Part shown: one piece after another, positions 47,700 through 56,874 of the stretch
How the letters are laid out: each line of letters opens with the position of its first letter
How positions within the stretch are numbered: the stretch's first letter is position 1
Origin: an uncultured Blautia sp.
GTDB taxonomy: Bacteria; Bacillota; Clostridia; Lachnospirales; Lachnospiraceae
Direction: 5' to 3'
Assembly: GCA_900549015.1 (NCBI GenBank)
Contig: URMH01000001.1
Coordinates: 87,775 to 151,774, forward strand
DNA length: 64,000 bases
Notes under the pieces: generated by a model
Seen by the model: the letters and a program-made list of their open reading frames with translations, nothing else
What the model was told of the DNA's origin: nothing
Database searches by the model: none
Program-made: the position numbers and the translations under genes

Positions 47700-48626
47700 T
47701 TAAGCTACATGTTCTGCATTTGCATTCTCACGAAGCTGTTTCATCATGTGAAGTCTGCATGTTTTGAACTCATCACCATAAAGTCCAAGTCTGTTTGTGA
47801 GGATATTATACATTAAAGTGACTTTTTTCTTTGCTGTGTATCCGTTCATGGTTCTGAATACGACTTTATCATCAGATTCGATGGACCATGCAGAGAGTGC
47901 TAAACAAAACTGTACATATGCTTTGATCTTTCCTGCATGAAGAGTGCTGTTAAAAAGTCTGAATTCGACAGTTCCTTTCTGGAAGAAGCTATGAAGATTC
48001 AATGCGTGGTATCTTGTAGAGTTATAATGCTGATGATTGATTCCACCACAGTAGCCATCGTTTGCTGGGCTGTACCAAATTTTCTCAACGGAATCGGTTG
48101 TGATGTTTTTGTCTTTTTTCATGGTATCAAGTAAATTCTTGCAAACTGGCTGACACCAACGATATTTTCTGTCACCTACTGCAAGCGCATCGTAAATGAT
48201 TTCCTGTCTGCTATACATGAAATTTACCAGACGGCGAAGAGAAGTTGCGGTATGGTTCGCTCCGTCTACATGAATATGGATTCCGCATGAACTGTGAGGA
48301 ACTCCACCGATTTCTCTGAATTTACGGATGATTGCCTGCAGTGTATCAAGATCTTCGTATTTAAGAACCGGTGTTACGAATTCAACTCTGTATTCGTCCA
48401 TGTTCTCGGTTCCAACTTTACGAATTGGATGAATTGAGCTGTCTCGCATTACCTTCCATTTTCTTCCCTGTGAATCCTGAATGGTTCTTGTCTGATAGCA
48501 GGTGTGATCTGGTCTGGAAGCTGTAGTTCCGATGATTTCTGCAACTGCATCAGCAGCCATCTTTCTTGAAATACCTGTAAATTCAACCTCAACACCGTAG
48601 TTCTGTTTCTTTAAAAGTTCTGACAT
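47700..48626 (-). CDS. putative amidoligase (Amidoligase_2, glutamine-synthetase/GCS2-like fold)
   Basis: YGVEVEFTGISRK...RKWKVMRDSS...VEFVTPVLKYEDL...SSCGIHIHVD matches the Amidoligase_2 family core; RBS AGGAGGAAAA. Confidence 0.7.
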   Translation of the reverse strand: MSELLKKQNYGVEVEFTGISRKMAADAVAEIIGTTASRPDHTCYQTRTIQDSQGRKWKVMRDSSIHPIRKVGTENMDEYRVEFVTPVLKYEDLDTLQAIIRKFREIGGVPHSSCGIHIHVDGANHTATSLRRLVNFMYSRQEIIYDALAVGDRKYRWCQPVCKNLLDTMKKDKNITTDSVEKIWYSPANDGYCGGINHQHYNSTRYHALNLHSFFQKGTVEFRLFNSTLHAGKIKAYVQFCLALSAWSIESDDKVVFRTMNGYTAKKKVTLMYNILTNRLGLYGDEFKTCRLHMMKQLRENANAEHVA

Positions 48627-48698
48627 ATCATTTTCCTCCTATTATCTCTCAAACCTCGCACCGTCTATGCGAATGTTTGTTCTGTTGTTTATGTTTGT

Positions 48699-48726
48699 AT
48701 ATTACCATATGTACCGTACATGTCAA
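48699..48726 (-). promoter_or_regulatory. sigma-70-type promoter (TTGACA-16-TAATAT on the minus strand) with ATGTACGGTACAT operator-like palindrome in the spacer
   Basis: Reverse complement of 48699-48726; palindrome at 48709-48721. Confidence 0.45.
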
Positions 48727-48836
48727 TAGTTTATTGGAGAAAATCTCTAAAATAATGAAGAAAAATGTTGACAAAATGAAGATATAGTGATAAACTATAA
48801 TTGTAGCAAGGAGATAGCAGGAAAGGAGTTAGAGAA

Positions 48837-48974
48837 ATGGAAAAAGACATAATGACTACATTAGAATTTAAAACCGTTATGGAAATGGTCGTGTTGATCA
48901 TCGAGAACAGTAAAAATAAAGAAGAGGCACTTGAAAAAATCAAGAACCTCTCCATTTTAAAAGAAAATAATTAA
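48837..48974 (+). CDS. small hypothetical protein (45 aa)
   Basis: Not in the ORF track (<60 aa), but a strong RBS GGAAAGGAG lies 7 nt before the ATG. Confidence 0.3.
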   Translation: MEKDIMTTLEFKTVMEMVVLIIENSKNKEEALEKIKNLSILKENN

Positions 48975-49084
48975 GAACTAAGCGAATAGACACCGAGCGG
49001 ACTCCGAAACTTCCTGCTTCCGCTCGGTACCTAAGAAAATAATAGCAGGAAGAAAAAAATAAGTCAACAGAAAGTTGGTGTATT

Positions 49085-49285
49085 ATGATATCGTACAATC
49101 CGCTTTGGCACACGCTTCTTGATAGAGGTATGAATAAGGGAGATCTAAAAGACGCAACCGGATTAAGTTATGGGACTATGGCTTCTATGGGAAAGAACGA
49201 GCCAGTCAATCTGAAACAGATAGATAGAATATGTAAAGCTCTTAATTGCGGCATCAGTGATGTGATAGAGTATATACCTGATTAA
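49085..49285 (+). CDS. small HTH_26/XRE-type transcriptional regulator
   Basis: MNKGDLKDATGLSYGTMASM HTH; paralog-like to 46904..47164. Confidence 0.45.
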   Translation: MISYNPLWHTLLDRGMNKGDLKDATGLSYGTMASMGKNEPVNLKQIDRICKALNCGISDVIEYIPD

Positions 49286-49461
49286 CATCACTGCAATAAA
49301 TAATACGATTTATTCCCGTGATGTTAGAGTGATGTTTGGAACTGTTGCAAATAATAATACAACGTGGTATATTTAATAAAAGCCCGCCTCTCTTATTTTA
49401 TTTAATACATGATAACACGAAAAAGCAGCCTAGTGTTATTGAGTTTGAATAAAAAAAGGAG

Positions 49462-49496
49462 ACCGGAAATCCAGCGTTTATGCGGGTTTCCGGGCT
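49462..49496 (-). terminator. intrinsic terminator on the minus strand (CCGGAAA..TTTCCGG stem, then TCTCCTTTTTTT)
   Basis: Reverse complement shows a 7-bp stem followed by a T-run; directly downstream of the ATPase gene. Confidence 0.55.
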
Positions 49497-49533
49497 CTTA
49501 CTATGTGGTTGAGTACAGATTGAGTACAAAAAC

Positions 49534-51111
49534 TTAACGTTTTCTTCTTTTGGGAAGTGAAGCTTTAAAAAATCGGATTAGAGGATAGTGGATAGTCATA
49601 GGCATTGTAGGACTCAAATCAGTATCTCCTTTAAATGAAAACCGAGGGTTAGAGCCATAATTTCCAATAACACCAATTTCATATAAATCTTTAAGAATAT
49701 GTGGAGTTTTTCTGTTTTTAGCTAAGGTTTCAACTTCTTCAAAAAAGTCCCTATTACTATCAATGTTATTTTGGAAATCTTTTATTTCAAAAGGCAAGGC
49801 TAAACTGGTTAATGATTTCTTGATTCCTTCAACTTCTGCATCAGAATACTTTGCAGTTAATACTTCTTCAAATTCTATCCAAGACTCTTCCGCATATGTT
49901 TTTCGTACTGAATCAAATATTTCTTGATCGAAAAATGATTTTTGCCCGTGTTGTTTTTGTATTATAGAAAAAAGACGAATGATGTCACGTGGTTTATACC
50001 ATGTTTGATCTAATAAGTAATTTTCTATAGGAAGTTTGCTTTCCCCTATTGTAGGAACAAAATAGGTATTCCAAATATCAGTAGATTCTTGCAATCCAGC
50101 TAATTTTTCGCTGTAATGAATTCTTTTTTCTAACATCTTTAGTAGGGGATGATTATGGATATTTCCGCCTTTCTGCTCCCATGAAATAGTTACACCAAAA
50201 TCTAAAATGACTTTATTAATCTCCATTCCTTTAGAAATGATATTTTTGTAAACTTCATTTCTGATTGTTGCGATCAAATGAACATTATAGTTTTGAGTAC
50301 GATTAATTTCGTTAAGAGATTCAATTGCAAAAATTAAATCTCTAATTAGCGTGATATCACGTTGGTAATCTTTATTTTTCTTTAGAGATAATTCAAGTTC
50401 ATCTACTAATATGTATATAGTATTTTCAACTGGTTTCAAATTAGTATATAAAAATATAATTTGTTTGGCGACAGAGGAAAAAGATGCAGTAGTTTTAGAT
50501 GAATCTGTCCATTCAAAGTCAAAGTTAATTTTACCAAAATCGCTAAGATTAAGTTCCAGATTTCCACGTTTCATTTTAGGTAGAATCTTTTTTATTTGGT
50601 CAGCAGCATTGTTTTCTCCGTATACAGCTTTGATTAAAGAGCATAACTTTATCCAAGTATCATCAGTTCGATCAAAAACTCCATATTCAGTCTGAGATAA
50701 TCTATTTATGATAACTTTAATTAAATAAACTTGCCACGCAAGTGTACAATTCAAAGAAATATCTGTAGGAATATCGCTTTCAATCACTTCTTCAAAACTG
50801 TTTGAAGGTACTGCAGTTCTTTTTAATTGATTTCTTTGTTCTGTATCTACATCTTTTTTAAATCGAATAAATTCTGTGAAATTAGTTTCTGGATTTTCGA
50901 GAATTTTACTTTCTATATATTTGAGTAACATTGTTTTTCCAGTACCTTTATTTCCGAATATATAATAGGTTGTTCCATCAAGTATTTTATCAATAGGTAC
51001 ATTTGGAAATTCAAAAAATAGTCCTTTGCAAGTATCTTGACCGTATTCAAGGAATTCATTGTATCCATCAATTTTTCCCAAATACATATCTTTTATCATT
51101 AATGGTGCCAT
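49534..51111 (-). CDS. P-loop NTPase (AAA-like) of unknown function; candidate defence/abortive-infection effector
   Basis: Walker A YIFGNKGTGKT, Walker B IYILVDELE; 525 aa; AT-rich codon usage unlike the flanking DNA. Confidence 0.5.
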   Translation of the reverse strand: MAPLMIKDMYLGKIDGYNEFLEYGQDTCKGLFFEFPNVPIDKILDGTTYYIFGNKGTGKTMLLKYIESKILENPETNFTEFIRFKKDVDTEQRNQLKRTAVPSNSFEEVIESDIPTDISLNCTLAWQVYLIKVIINRLSQTEYGVFDRTDDTWIKLCSLIKAVYGENNAADQIKKILPKMKRGNLELNLSDFGKINFDFEWTDSSKTTASFSSVAKQIIFLYTNLKPVENTIYILVDELELSLKKNKDYQRDITLIRDLIFAIESLNEINRTQNYNVHLIATIRNEVYKNIISKGMEINKVILDFGVTISWEQKGGNIHNHPLLKMLEKRIHYSEKLAGLQESTDIWNTYFVPTIGESKLPIENYLLDQTWYKPRDIIRLFSIIQKQHGQKSFFDQEIFDSVRKTYAEESWIEFEEVLTAKYSDAEVEGIKKSLTSLALPFEIKDFQNNIDSNRDFFEEVETLAKNRKTPHILKDLYEIGVIGNYGSNPRFSFKGDTDLSPTMPMTIHYPLIRFFKASLPKRRKR

Positions 51112-51134
51112 AACGTCTCCTTTTTTTTAATTAT

Positions 51135-51737
51135 TTAAAGTGGCAATAATGCTCGTTGCAACTCTAATTCCACTTTTTCTTTCGTCTCTGCTATTTCATC
51201 TATAGTTGCCTGTGTAGCTTCATTTGGATTATCACCAGCGGATTTCAATGCACTCTGGTAGATGTAATTCATTTTTTCCCATTTCAATAAGTCATTAAAT
51301 ACCTTATAACTTCTGATTTTCAGCAATGCGTCCTGCAAGGACAAGGTATGTGCTTTCCCTCTGGCCGTATATTCGATTTCAAGATAAGAAGAAAGCACCG
51401 GATTCAGTTGGATGGATACGGTATCATCTTTTAACATCTTGTCTTCTCCACGATCTCCGCTGATCTGGAGGATGCCGGAATTGCAAAGAACCATAAGTAC
51501 ACCCATCAGATCACCGACTGTTTCCAGACGAAGCCCGGCAGTATCACTGCCATTCAAAGCATTATAACTGACACCGAGTGCAGCTGCAATTTTCTCTAAC
51601 TGAGGAGGTTGTGGCTGCATTTTATTGGTTTCGTATTTTCGGATAGAAACCGGATGGATACCGGTCAGCTCAGCCAGTTTATCTTGCGTGATTCCGATTT
51701 GCTTTCTGCAGTATTTGATTTTTTCTCCTATGGTCAT
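51135..51737 (-). CDS. HTH-XRE DNA-binding protein with C-terminal domain of unknown function
   Basis: IKYCRKQIGITQDKLAELTGIHPVSIRKYE HTH; 23 nt upstream of the ATPase gene on the same strand. Confidence 0.55.
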   Translation of the reverse strand: MTIGEKIKYCRKQIGITQDKLAELTGIHPVSIRKYETNKMQPQPPQLEKIAAALGVSYNALNGSDTAGLRLETVGDLMGVLMVLCNSGILQISGDRGEDKMLKDDTVSIQLNPVLSSYLEIEYTARGKAHTLSLQDALLKIRSYKVFNDLLKWEKMNYIYQSALKSAGDNPNEATQATIDEIAETKEKVELELQRALLPL

Positions 51738-51769
51738 TCTTATCGCCCTCCATGTATCGAGATGGCTAC

Positions 51770-51778
51770 ATTATACCA
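51770..51778 (-). promoter_or_regulatory. extended -10 promoter (TGGTATAAT on the minus strand) for the HTH-XRE/ATPase operon
   Basis: Reverse complement of ATTATACCA. Confidence 0.4.
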
Positions 51779-51815
51779 TGTTTTAAAAAATTTTTCTACT
51801 AGCATTTCAAAATAC

Positions 51816-51872
51816 TTGACAATAGCGAAGTCGCTACATATAATGGGGATATAAAATGTAGCGACAACGCTA
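51816..51872 (+). promoter_or_regulatory. consensus sigma-70-type promoter TTGACA-17-TATAAT with two TAGCG-N4-CGCTA operator palindromes (51823-51836 in the spacer, 51859-51872 downstream)
   Basis: Exact consensus hexamers; two 14-bp palindromes. Confidence 0.55.
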
Positions 51873-51892
51873 TAAAAAAGGAGGATGCATAT

Positions 51893-52081
51893 ATGGCAGA
51901 AAACAACAAGATTTATATTACTGCAAATGAACTCGCAGAAATGCTGGGTGTTTCTGTAGGTCATGCTTACAAGCTGATCCGTAAGCTGAATCAGGAACTG
52001 GAAAAAGAAGGATTTTTGGTGATTGCGGGCAAAGTTCCCAGACGCTATTTTGAAAAACGCTGGTATGGTTTCAGTGCATAG
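51893..52081 (+). CDS. xis: excisionase/HTH_17-like DNA-binding protein
   Basis: ITANELAEMLGVSVGHAYKLIRK HTH; directly upstream of the integrase gene. Confidence 0.5.
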   Translation: MAENNKIYITANELAEMLGVSVGHAYKLIRKLNQELEKEGFLVIAGKVPRRYFEKRWYGFSA

Positions 52082-52092
52082 GAGGTGGTCGA

Positions 52093-53157
52093 ATGAAAGC
52101 GGAAAAAGATAAGAAAACCGGGAAATGGTTGATTCAGTATCGTTATACGGATTGGCAGGGAAAACGCCGGAAATCCACTAAAAGAGGTTTTGCGACCAAA
52201 AGAGAGGCGGAGGAATGGCTTCGAAATTTCCTTATTACGCAAAAAGCGGACTTTGATATGAAGTTTGAGGATTTTTGGAAGATGTACTGTGCAGATATGG
52301 AGACTCGCCTGCGGGAGCATACCATGAGAACGAAAAAGTATATCGTGGAGCTGAAAATTCTCCCGTATTTCGGGAATAAGCGGGTAAATGACATTACTGC
52401 AGCTGACATCCGTCAATGGCAGAATGAATTGATTAAAATGGGCTATTCACCCACTTATCTGAAAACAATCAATAATCAGTTGAGCGCAATCTTTAATTAT
52501 GCGGTTCGATATTACGATTTGAAAAGTAATCCCTGTGCAAAAGCCGGAAGTATGGGTAAGAGCAAGGCAGAAGAAATGGATTTCTGGACAGGAGAGGAAT
52601 TTAGGAAGTTTATCGATAGTGTCATGAACAAAAGACTTTCTTATATGGCATTTATGACCTTGTACTGGACGGGGATGCGTATGGGAGAGCTTCTGGCTCT
52701 GAATCCGAAAGATGTAGATCTTGAAAAGAGAACAATTTCTATCACAAAATCATATCAACGTCTTGGCAAGAAAGATGTGATCACTCCACCAAAGACACCG
52801 AAAAGCAAGAGAGTGATTACCATTCCAGAGTTTCTGGCTGCAGATATCAAAGATTATATGGACAGCTTATATGAGTTGCAGGAGAACGACAGGTTGTTTC
52901 CCATTACAAAATATTATCTGGAGCATGAAATGCAGAGAGGAATTAAAGAAAGTGGAGTAAAGCGGATAAGGGTACACGATTTGAGGCATTCCCATGCAAG
53001 TATGTTGATTGAACTGGGATTTTCACCGTTGGAGATTGCGAATCGGCTTGGACATGAAAAAGTGGAAACTACGCTGAATACCTACGCGCATCTTTATCCA
53101 AACAAACAGACAAAACTGGCTGAACGGCTGGACAGTGAATACAGGGAGGATTTGTAA
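52093..53157 (+). CDS. int: tyrosine site-specific integrase
   Basis: IRVHDLRHSHASMLIELG and LNTYAHLY catalytic region; N-terminal SAM-like DNA-binding domain. Confidence 0.8.
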   Translation: MKAEKDKKTGKWLIQYRYTDWQGKRRKSTKRGFATKREAEEWLRNFLITQKADFDMKFEDFWKMYCADMETRLREHTMRTKKYIVELKILPYFGNKRVNDITAADIRQWQNELIKMGYSPTYLKTINNQLSAIFNYAVRYYDLKSNPCAKAGSMGKSKAEEMDFWTGEEFRKFIDSVMNKRLSYMAFMTLYWTGMRMGELLALNPKDVDLEKRTISITKSYQRLGKKDVITPPKTPKSKRVITIPEFLAADIKDYMDSLYELQENDRLFPITKYYLEHEMQRGIKESGVKRIRVHDLRHSHASMLIELGFSPLEIANRLGHEKVETTLNTYAHLYPNKQTKLAERLDSEYREDL

Positions 53158-53522
53158 TGAGTGGATTAGATAAAGATAGAAAACGCAATCAGACAGTTTG
53201 TTTCCGGATGACACCTGAGGAACGCAGAGAATTAGAAGCGCGCATTATAGTGAGTGGACTGCCGAAAGGAAACTATTTCATTCAGTCTGTACTCCATCAG
53301 GAAGTAAAGATTGCGGTCGGTAAATATCAAAGTGATCGGTTAAGCCTTGAAATACGGCGGCTGTGGGAGCGTTTGGATTATCTGGAAACAGAGGATTTAT
53401 ATGAGGTACTGGCAGACTGCCGGGCACTAATGAAACAGGTAATTGAAATCACTGGTAATGGTTGTTTAGCAGCTTGGACAGCAAGTGATTTTAAAACAGA
53501 GATATTGGAAGATGAAAAATAA
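53157..53522 (+). CDS. MobC-like relaxosome accessory protein
   Basis: QTVCFRMTPEERRELEARIIVSGLPKGNYFIQSVL resembles the MobC family. Confidence 0.4.
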   Translation: MSGLDKDRKRNQTVCFRMTPEERRELEARIIVSGLPKGNYFIQSVLHQEVKIAVGKYQSDRLSLEIRRLWERLDYLETEDLYEVLADCRALMKQVIEITGNGCLAAWTASDFKTEILEDEK

Positions 53523-53627
53523 AAGCCTTTAAGTATCGGCAAACACCTAAAGGCGGAGACTTGGTAGAAAATCCAAATCAATCACTGAGGTTATTCTACC
53601 AAAGTCTCCACCATCTTTCAACAGAAA

Positions 53628-54641
53628 ATGGAGGTAATTTTGGATAACAGAAGAAACGAACCGAATTTAAAACTAATAAATATGGAACAAGTAGAGATAG
53701 AAAAAATAGGCTGGCTGCTTTATCCCTTTATTCCCTTTGGGAAAGTTACGATCGTGCAGGGAGATCCCGGTGAGGGCAAGACCACAATGGTGTTGCAGAT
53801 TATTGCAAAGCTGACAAAAGGTGAGGCAGTATTACCATCGGGCAGTGATGAACCAGCCTTGGAGGAAAAAACAATGGATCTGGAGCCGGTAAATGTAATT
53901 TATCAGACTGCAGAGGATGGATTGGGAGATACCATTAAGCCTCGACTTCTTTCCGCAGGTGCAGACTGTTCCAGAGTGATGGTGATTGATGATAACGATC
54001 AGGCGCTGACTATGATGGATGCCAGATTAGAAGAAGCCATCATACAGACAAAAGCACGCCTTGTAGTTTTAGACCCGATACAGGGGTTTCTGGGGACTGA
54101 TGTAGATATGCACAGGGCAAATGAAATCCGCCCCTTGATGAAGCGTGTGGCTGTGCTTGCTGAAAAATATCATTGTGCGATTATTTTAATCGGTCACATG
54201 AACAAAAACAGTAATGGGAAATCGTCATACCGTGGACTTGGCTCTATTGATTTTCAAGCAGCAGCCAGAAGCGTGCTGATTGTCGGAAGGATCAAGAATG
54301 AACCGGAAATACGTGTTGTGTGTCATGTGAAAAGCTCCCTTGCACCGGAAGGGAAATCCATTGCATTTCGTTTAGACAAAGATGCTGGATTTGAATGGAT
54401 TGGGGAATATGACATCAGTGCAGATGATTTGTTGAGCGGAGACAACCGGGGACAGAAAATTCATGCAGCAAAGGAATTTCTGAAGGAAGTCCTGGCATCT
54501 GGTTCTGTAGCACAGACAAAGGTGGCAGAAGAGGCGGAAAGCAGGGGAATTAAAAAGAAAACACTATGGAATGCGAAGAAGGAACTGGAAATTGATTCTG
54601 TAAAAATTGGTAACCAGTGGTTCTGGATGTTGCCTGAATAA
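53628..54641 (+). CDS. RepA-like RecA-fold ATPase (AAA_25-like) replication/mobilization protein
   Basis: Walker A GDPGEGKTT, Walker B LVVLDPIQ; start codon uncertain. Confidence 0.5.
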   Translation: MEVILDNRRNEPNLKLINMEQVEIEKIGWLLYPFIPFGKVTIVQGDPGEGKTTMVLQIIAKLTKGEAVLPSGSDEPALEEKTMDLEPVNVIYQTAEDGLGDTIKPRLLSAGADCSRVMVIDDNDQALTMMDARLEEAIIQTKARLVVLDPIQGFLGTDVDMHRANEIRPLMKRVAVLAEKYHCAIILIGHMNKNSNGKSSYRGLGSIDFQAAARSVLIVGRIKNEPEIRVVCHVKSSLAPEGKSIAFRLDKDAGFEWIGEYDISADDLLSGDNRGQKIHAAKEFLKEVLASGSVAQTKVAEEAESRGIKKKTLWNAKKELEIDSVKIGNQWFWMLPE

Positions 54642-54711
54642 TATTGGGAAGATGGCAAGATTACCATCTCTTTAAGAACAGGGAATCTTGCTATCTTGAA
54701 AGGAGCTATGG

Positions 54712-54945
54712 ATGAAAAATGTACAAATACCACAGGAATTATTTATGAAACTGCTCCGATATCATCTGCTTGATGATGATAGTTGTACTGAAGATGTGAA
54801 AAAAGGATTGGAGCAGAAAATGAAAACTATGGTGGAACGTGAATTATATACGAAATCAAAAACCGCTCCAACAGAGGAAGAACGGGAAAAAGCCCGACAG
54901 GAGTATCTGGACAGGCGGGGAATACAGGCTGACTTTCGATGGTAA
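54712..54945 (+). CDS. hypothetical small protein
   Basis: ORF with weak signals only. Confidence 0.25.
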   Translation: MKNVQIPQELFMKLLRYHLLDDDSCTEDVKKGLEQKMKTMVERELYTKSKTAPTEEEREKARQEYLDRRGIQADFRW

Positions 54946-55099
54946 TTCTTCTTTGAACGCCATATGACAGGGGCGTGGCACGCTCCTGTATAAATGGCAG
55001 ACAAGGAAAAGTTGCAGATATGAGGACGGAAGTACACCGACCGCAGGGAGGAATAGCACCGCAGGGCGCAAGGGTACTTTTGATGGACGGTACGGCTGT

Positions 55100-55190
55100 C
55101 GAAAGTGCTTTTGCGTTACTTTTGACAAAAGTAACAAAACCACCTTGACGGGCACGAATACATTTTATGTGCCGTATCCGGCACTGTTTA
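55100..55190 (+). promoter_or_regulatory. candidate oriT: perfect 10-bp inverted repeat GTTACTTTTG/CAAAAGTAAC (55115-55135) and nested hairpins GGCAC..GTGCCG TATC CGGCAC (55151-55184)
   Basis: Inverted repeats immediately upstream of the MobV relaxase gene. Confidence 0.4.
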
Positions 55191-55213
55191 GAGAATGTGA
55201 GGTGAAAAATAGG

Positions 55214-56608
55214 ATGATGAAAAGAACAATCAGCGGTATGACTGGAACAGGTTCTCTTGCTCATAACAGACGGGATTTTATTGCAGAAAATGTTAATCCG
55301 AATAGAGTATATCTGAACATCTGTTACCGGGATGAAAACCTAAAGGATGTTTACAAAGAACTGTTTGATGAATCGGTAGAACGATATAATGTTGGGAAAA
55401 GAAATGACCGGAAGATTACGAATTATTATGATAAGATCCAGCATGGAAAGCAGGAGAAGTTGTTCCATGAGGTGATTTTCCAGATTGGAAATAATAAAGA
55501 TATGGCTGCAGGGACACCAGACGGAGATCGTGCGGTGAAAGTATTAGATGAATATATGCAGGATTTTCAGAGACGAAATCCAACACTCCGGGTATTTTGC
55601 TGTTATCTGCATCAGGACGAAGCTACCCCACATCTACATATTGATTTTGTGCCTTATGTGACCGGGTGGAAGGGAAAAGGAATGGATACAAGAGTTTCGC
55701 TGAAACAGGCATTAAAAAGCCTTGGATTTCAAGGTGGTGCCAAGCATGATACAGAATTGAATCAATGGATTAATCATGAAAAAGAAGTTTTGGCAGAGAT
55801 TATGGAGCGGCATGAAATCGAATGGGAGCAGAAAGGAACTCATGAAGAACATCTGGATGTGTATAATTTTAAGAAGAAGGAACGTGCAAAAGAAGTAAAG
55901 GAACTGGAACAGAAAATAGAAAATTTGACAGCAGATGTAGAAGCGGCAGAATCAGATATAAAGGCGCTTAAACAGGAAAAAGCTGATGCAAAAAAAGCCA
56001 GAGATCAAGTCAGGGAAAGCAAAGAACAGGTGGAAAAAGAACTGAAGCATATGGAGAAGCAACGGAATCAGTTGCAGCCCATCATAAATAGTATTGATAA
56101 GGAATTAAAGAATTCCGGGCAAATTAAATTAGTGTTGCCAGAAGTCGGGGCACTGGAACTGGCGTCTACATACCGCAATAAAAAGATTAAACCTCTGTTC
56201 GCTAAGATGAAGCATTATATTGCAGGATTAGCTGCAAAGGTGATAGAACTTTCCAGAGAAGCAGAAAAATGGAGAGATAAATATCAGCAGTTGAAGAAAG
56301 ATTATGATGATCTGGAAAAGGATGCTGATAAGGTGGCGGATCTGTGCAATCAGTTGTGTGATGATGTAGATAAGCTGGAAGTAATATCAGATAAATATAA
56401 TAGAGCACTGCGGATATTTGGGAGGGATACTATAGAGTCGGCAATCTGGCATGATATTCAGAGGGAAAAAGCATTGGAAGAACAAAAACGGAAAGAGCAG
56501 ATACCGAGAAAACTGAGTGACAGGCTGCAATGGGACAGAGAAAGAAGCCGGAAGTACAATATGCAGCAGAAGAAAAATAAAACTAAACGCAGAGGAATGG
56601 AGTTGTGA
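55214..56608 (+). CDS. mob: MobV-family (Mob_Pre) relaxase
   Basis: N-terminal HNRR and HLHIDFVP histidine motifs; long C-terminal coiled coil; RBS GAGGTG. Confidence 0.65.
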   Translation: MMKRTISGMTGTGSLAHNRRDFIAENVNPNRVYLNICYRDENLKDVYKELFDESVERYNVGKRNDRKITNYYDKIQHGKQEKLFHEVIFQIGNNKDMAAGTPDGDRAVKVLDEYMQDFQRRNPTLRVFCCYLHQDEATPHLHIDFVPYVTGWKGKGMDTRVSLKQALKSLGFQGGAKHDTELNQWINHEKEVLAEIMERHEIEWEQKGTHEEHLDVYNFKKKERAKEVKELEQKIENLTADVEAAESDIKALKQEKADAKKARDQVRESKEQVEKELKHMEKQRNQLQPIINSIDKELKNSGQIKLVLPEVGALELASTYRNKKIKPLFAKMKHYIAGLAAKVIELSREAEKWRDKYQQLKKDYDDLEKDADKVADLCNQLCDDVDKLEVISDKYNRALRIFGRDTIESAIWHDIQREKALEEQKRKEQIPRKLSDRLQWDRERSRKYNMQQKKNKTKRRGMEL

Positions 56609-56874
56609 GAATATGAAGAAATATTTGTATTATGGGAATGACGGATTAAGTTACATGTTGCATAGAAATTATTATTTGAGTGGTTTGGTTCTTATCAAAA
56701 AATTGTACACAATGAGTATGGAATTCTGTGGAAAGTTATTTTCGGGTTATTTTGGTGGTGAATATAAGAATGGTGTTTGGAATGGGAGTGTGATAAAATA
56801 AGAAAGAAATCAATTGGTAATTATTGTAATTTTATGGAATAGTGATAGAAAGATTTTTTGGGGGATGGAGTTCT

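Larger units (their letters stand above)
51770..56610 (+). mobile_element. integrative mobilizable element core (xis-like, int, mobC-like, repA-like, MobV relaxase); ends undetermined
   Basis: Gene content and order; candidate oriT upstream of the relaxase gene. Confidence 0.5.

Noticed and set aside
49286-49533. Possible small RNA or tRNA in the AT-rich gap after the ATPase gene
   Set aside because: Only short hairpins and a TGAGTACA direct repeat are present, with no cloverleaf-compatible structure. The region is interpreted as 3' UTR plus terminator.
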